From Paraphysomonas bandaiensis (lineage: Eukaryota; Protista; Chrysophyceae): a DNA stretch of 64,000 nucleotides. The translations under genes were made by a program, and so were the position numbers. Positions 63,920 through 64,000 of this stretch are shown here, in pieces (within the stretch, counting starts at the first letter, position 1; every line of letters begins with the position of its first letter). Where the stretch lies: positions 62,001 to 126,000 of the forward strand of contig CBFFRP010000407.1 in NCBI GenBank assembly GCA_965644295.1, in the 5' to 3' direction. Below the pieces are notes generated by a model. It made no database searches and was not told the origin of the DNA. It worked only from the letters and a program-made list of their open reading frames with translations.

Positions 63920-64000
63920 TCCTCAACAAAGTCGGACTCGCACCTTTTCTTCGACTAAATAGTTCTAGAGGTATGTACCGGAGATATTTCTCCAGGAAAC
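63920..64000 (-). repeat. RepA copy in inverted orientation, running off the window end
   Basis: The reverse complement reads GTTTCCTGGAGAAATATCTCCGG...AAAAGGTGCGAGTCCGACTTTGTTGAGG. Confidence 0.85.

Noticed and set aside
1-64000. tRNA or rRNA genes
   Set aside because: I recognised no cloverleaf with A/B boxes and no rRNA conserved blocks by eye. tRNAscan-SE and barrnap were not run.

Overview
This is intron-rich eukaryotic nuclear DNA with short GT-AG introns. It probably comes from a flagellated protist. CFAP57 and an Sfi1-like gene indicate flagella, and the transposon families suggest a stramenopile; the taxonomy is inference. Genes in order: partial tandem-USP protein (+), TIR-SAM-4x repeat protein (-), signal-peptide TPR/GT41 glycosyltransferase (+), divergent intronless histone H2A/H2B pair with 3' stem-loops, Ariadne-type RBR E3 ligase (-), ABCC transporter (+), divergent DUF2419/QNG1-like protein (-), CFAP57 (-), Sfi1-like protein (+), large coiled-coil protein (-) and kish/TMEM167 (+). 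There are two related, recent, full-length Ty1/copia elements (2150-7634 +, 30492-35955 -), each with a TSD, PBS and PPT. Other mobile DNA includes hAT and PIF/Harbinger transposase relics, a SET-domain relic beside the Harbinger relic, two unnamed interspersed repeat families (RepA, highly structured; RepB, with a Crypton-like terminal hairpin) and a ~130-bp-arm inverted repeat. The best candidates for new biology are the TIR-SAM-repeat putative immune NADase, the structured RepA element associated with both copia insertions, and a conserved extra domain after the copia integrase. Exon boundaries were read by eye and are approximate.
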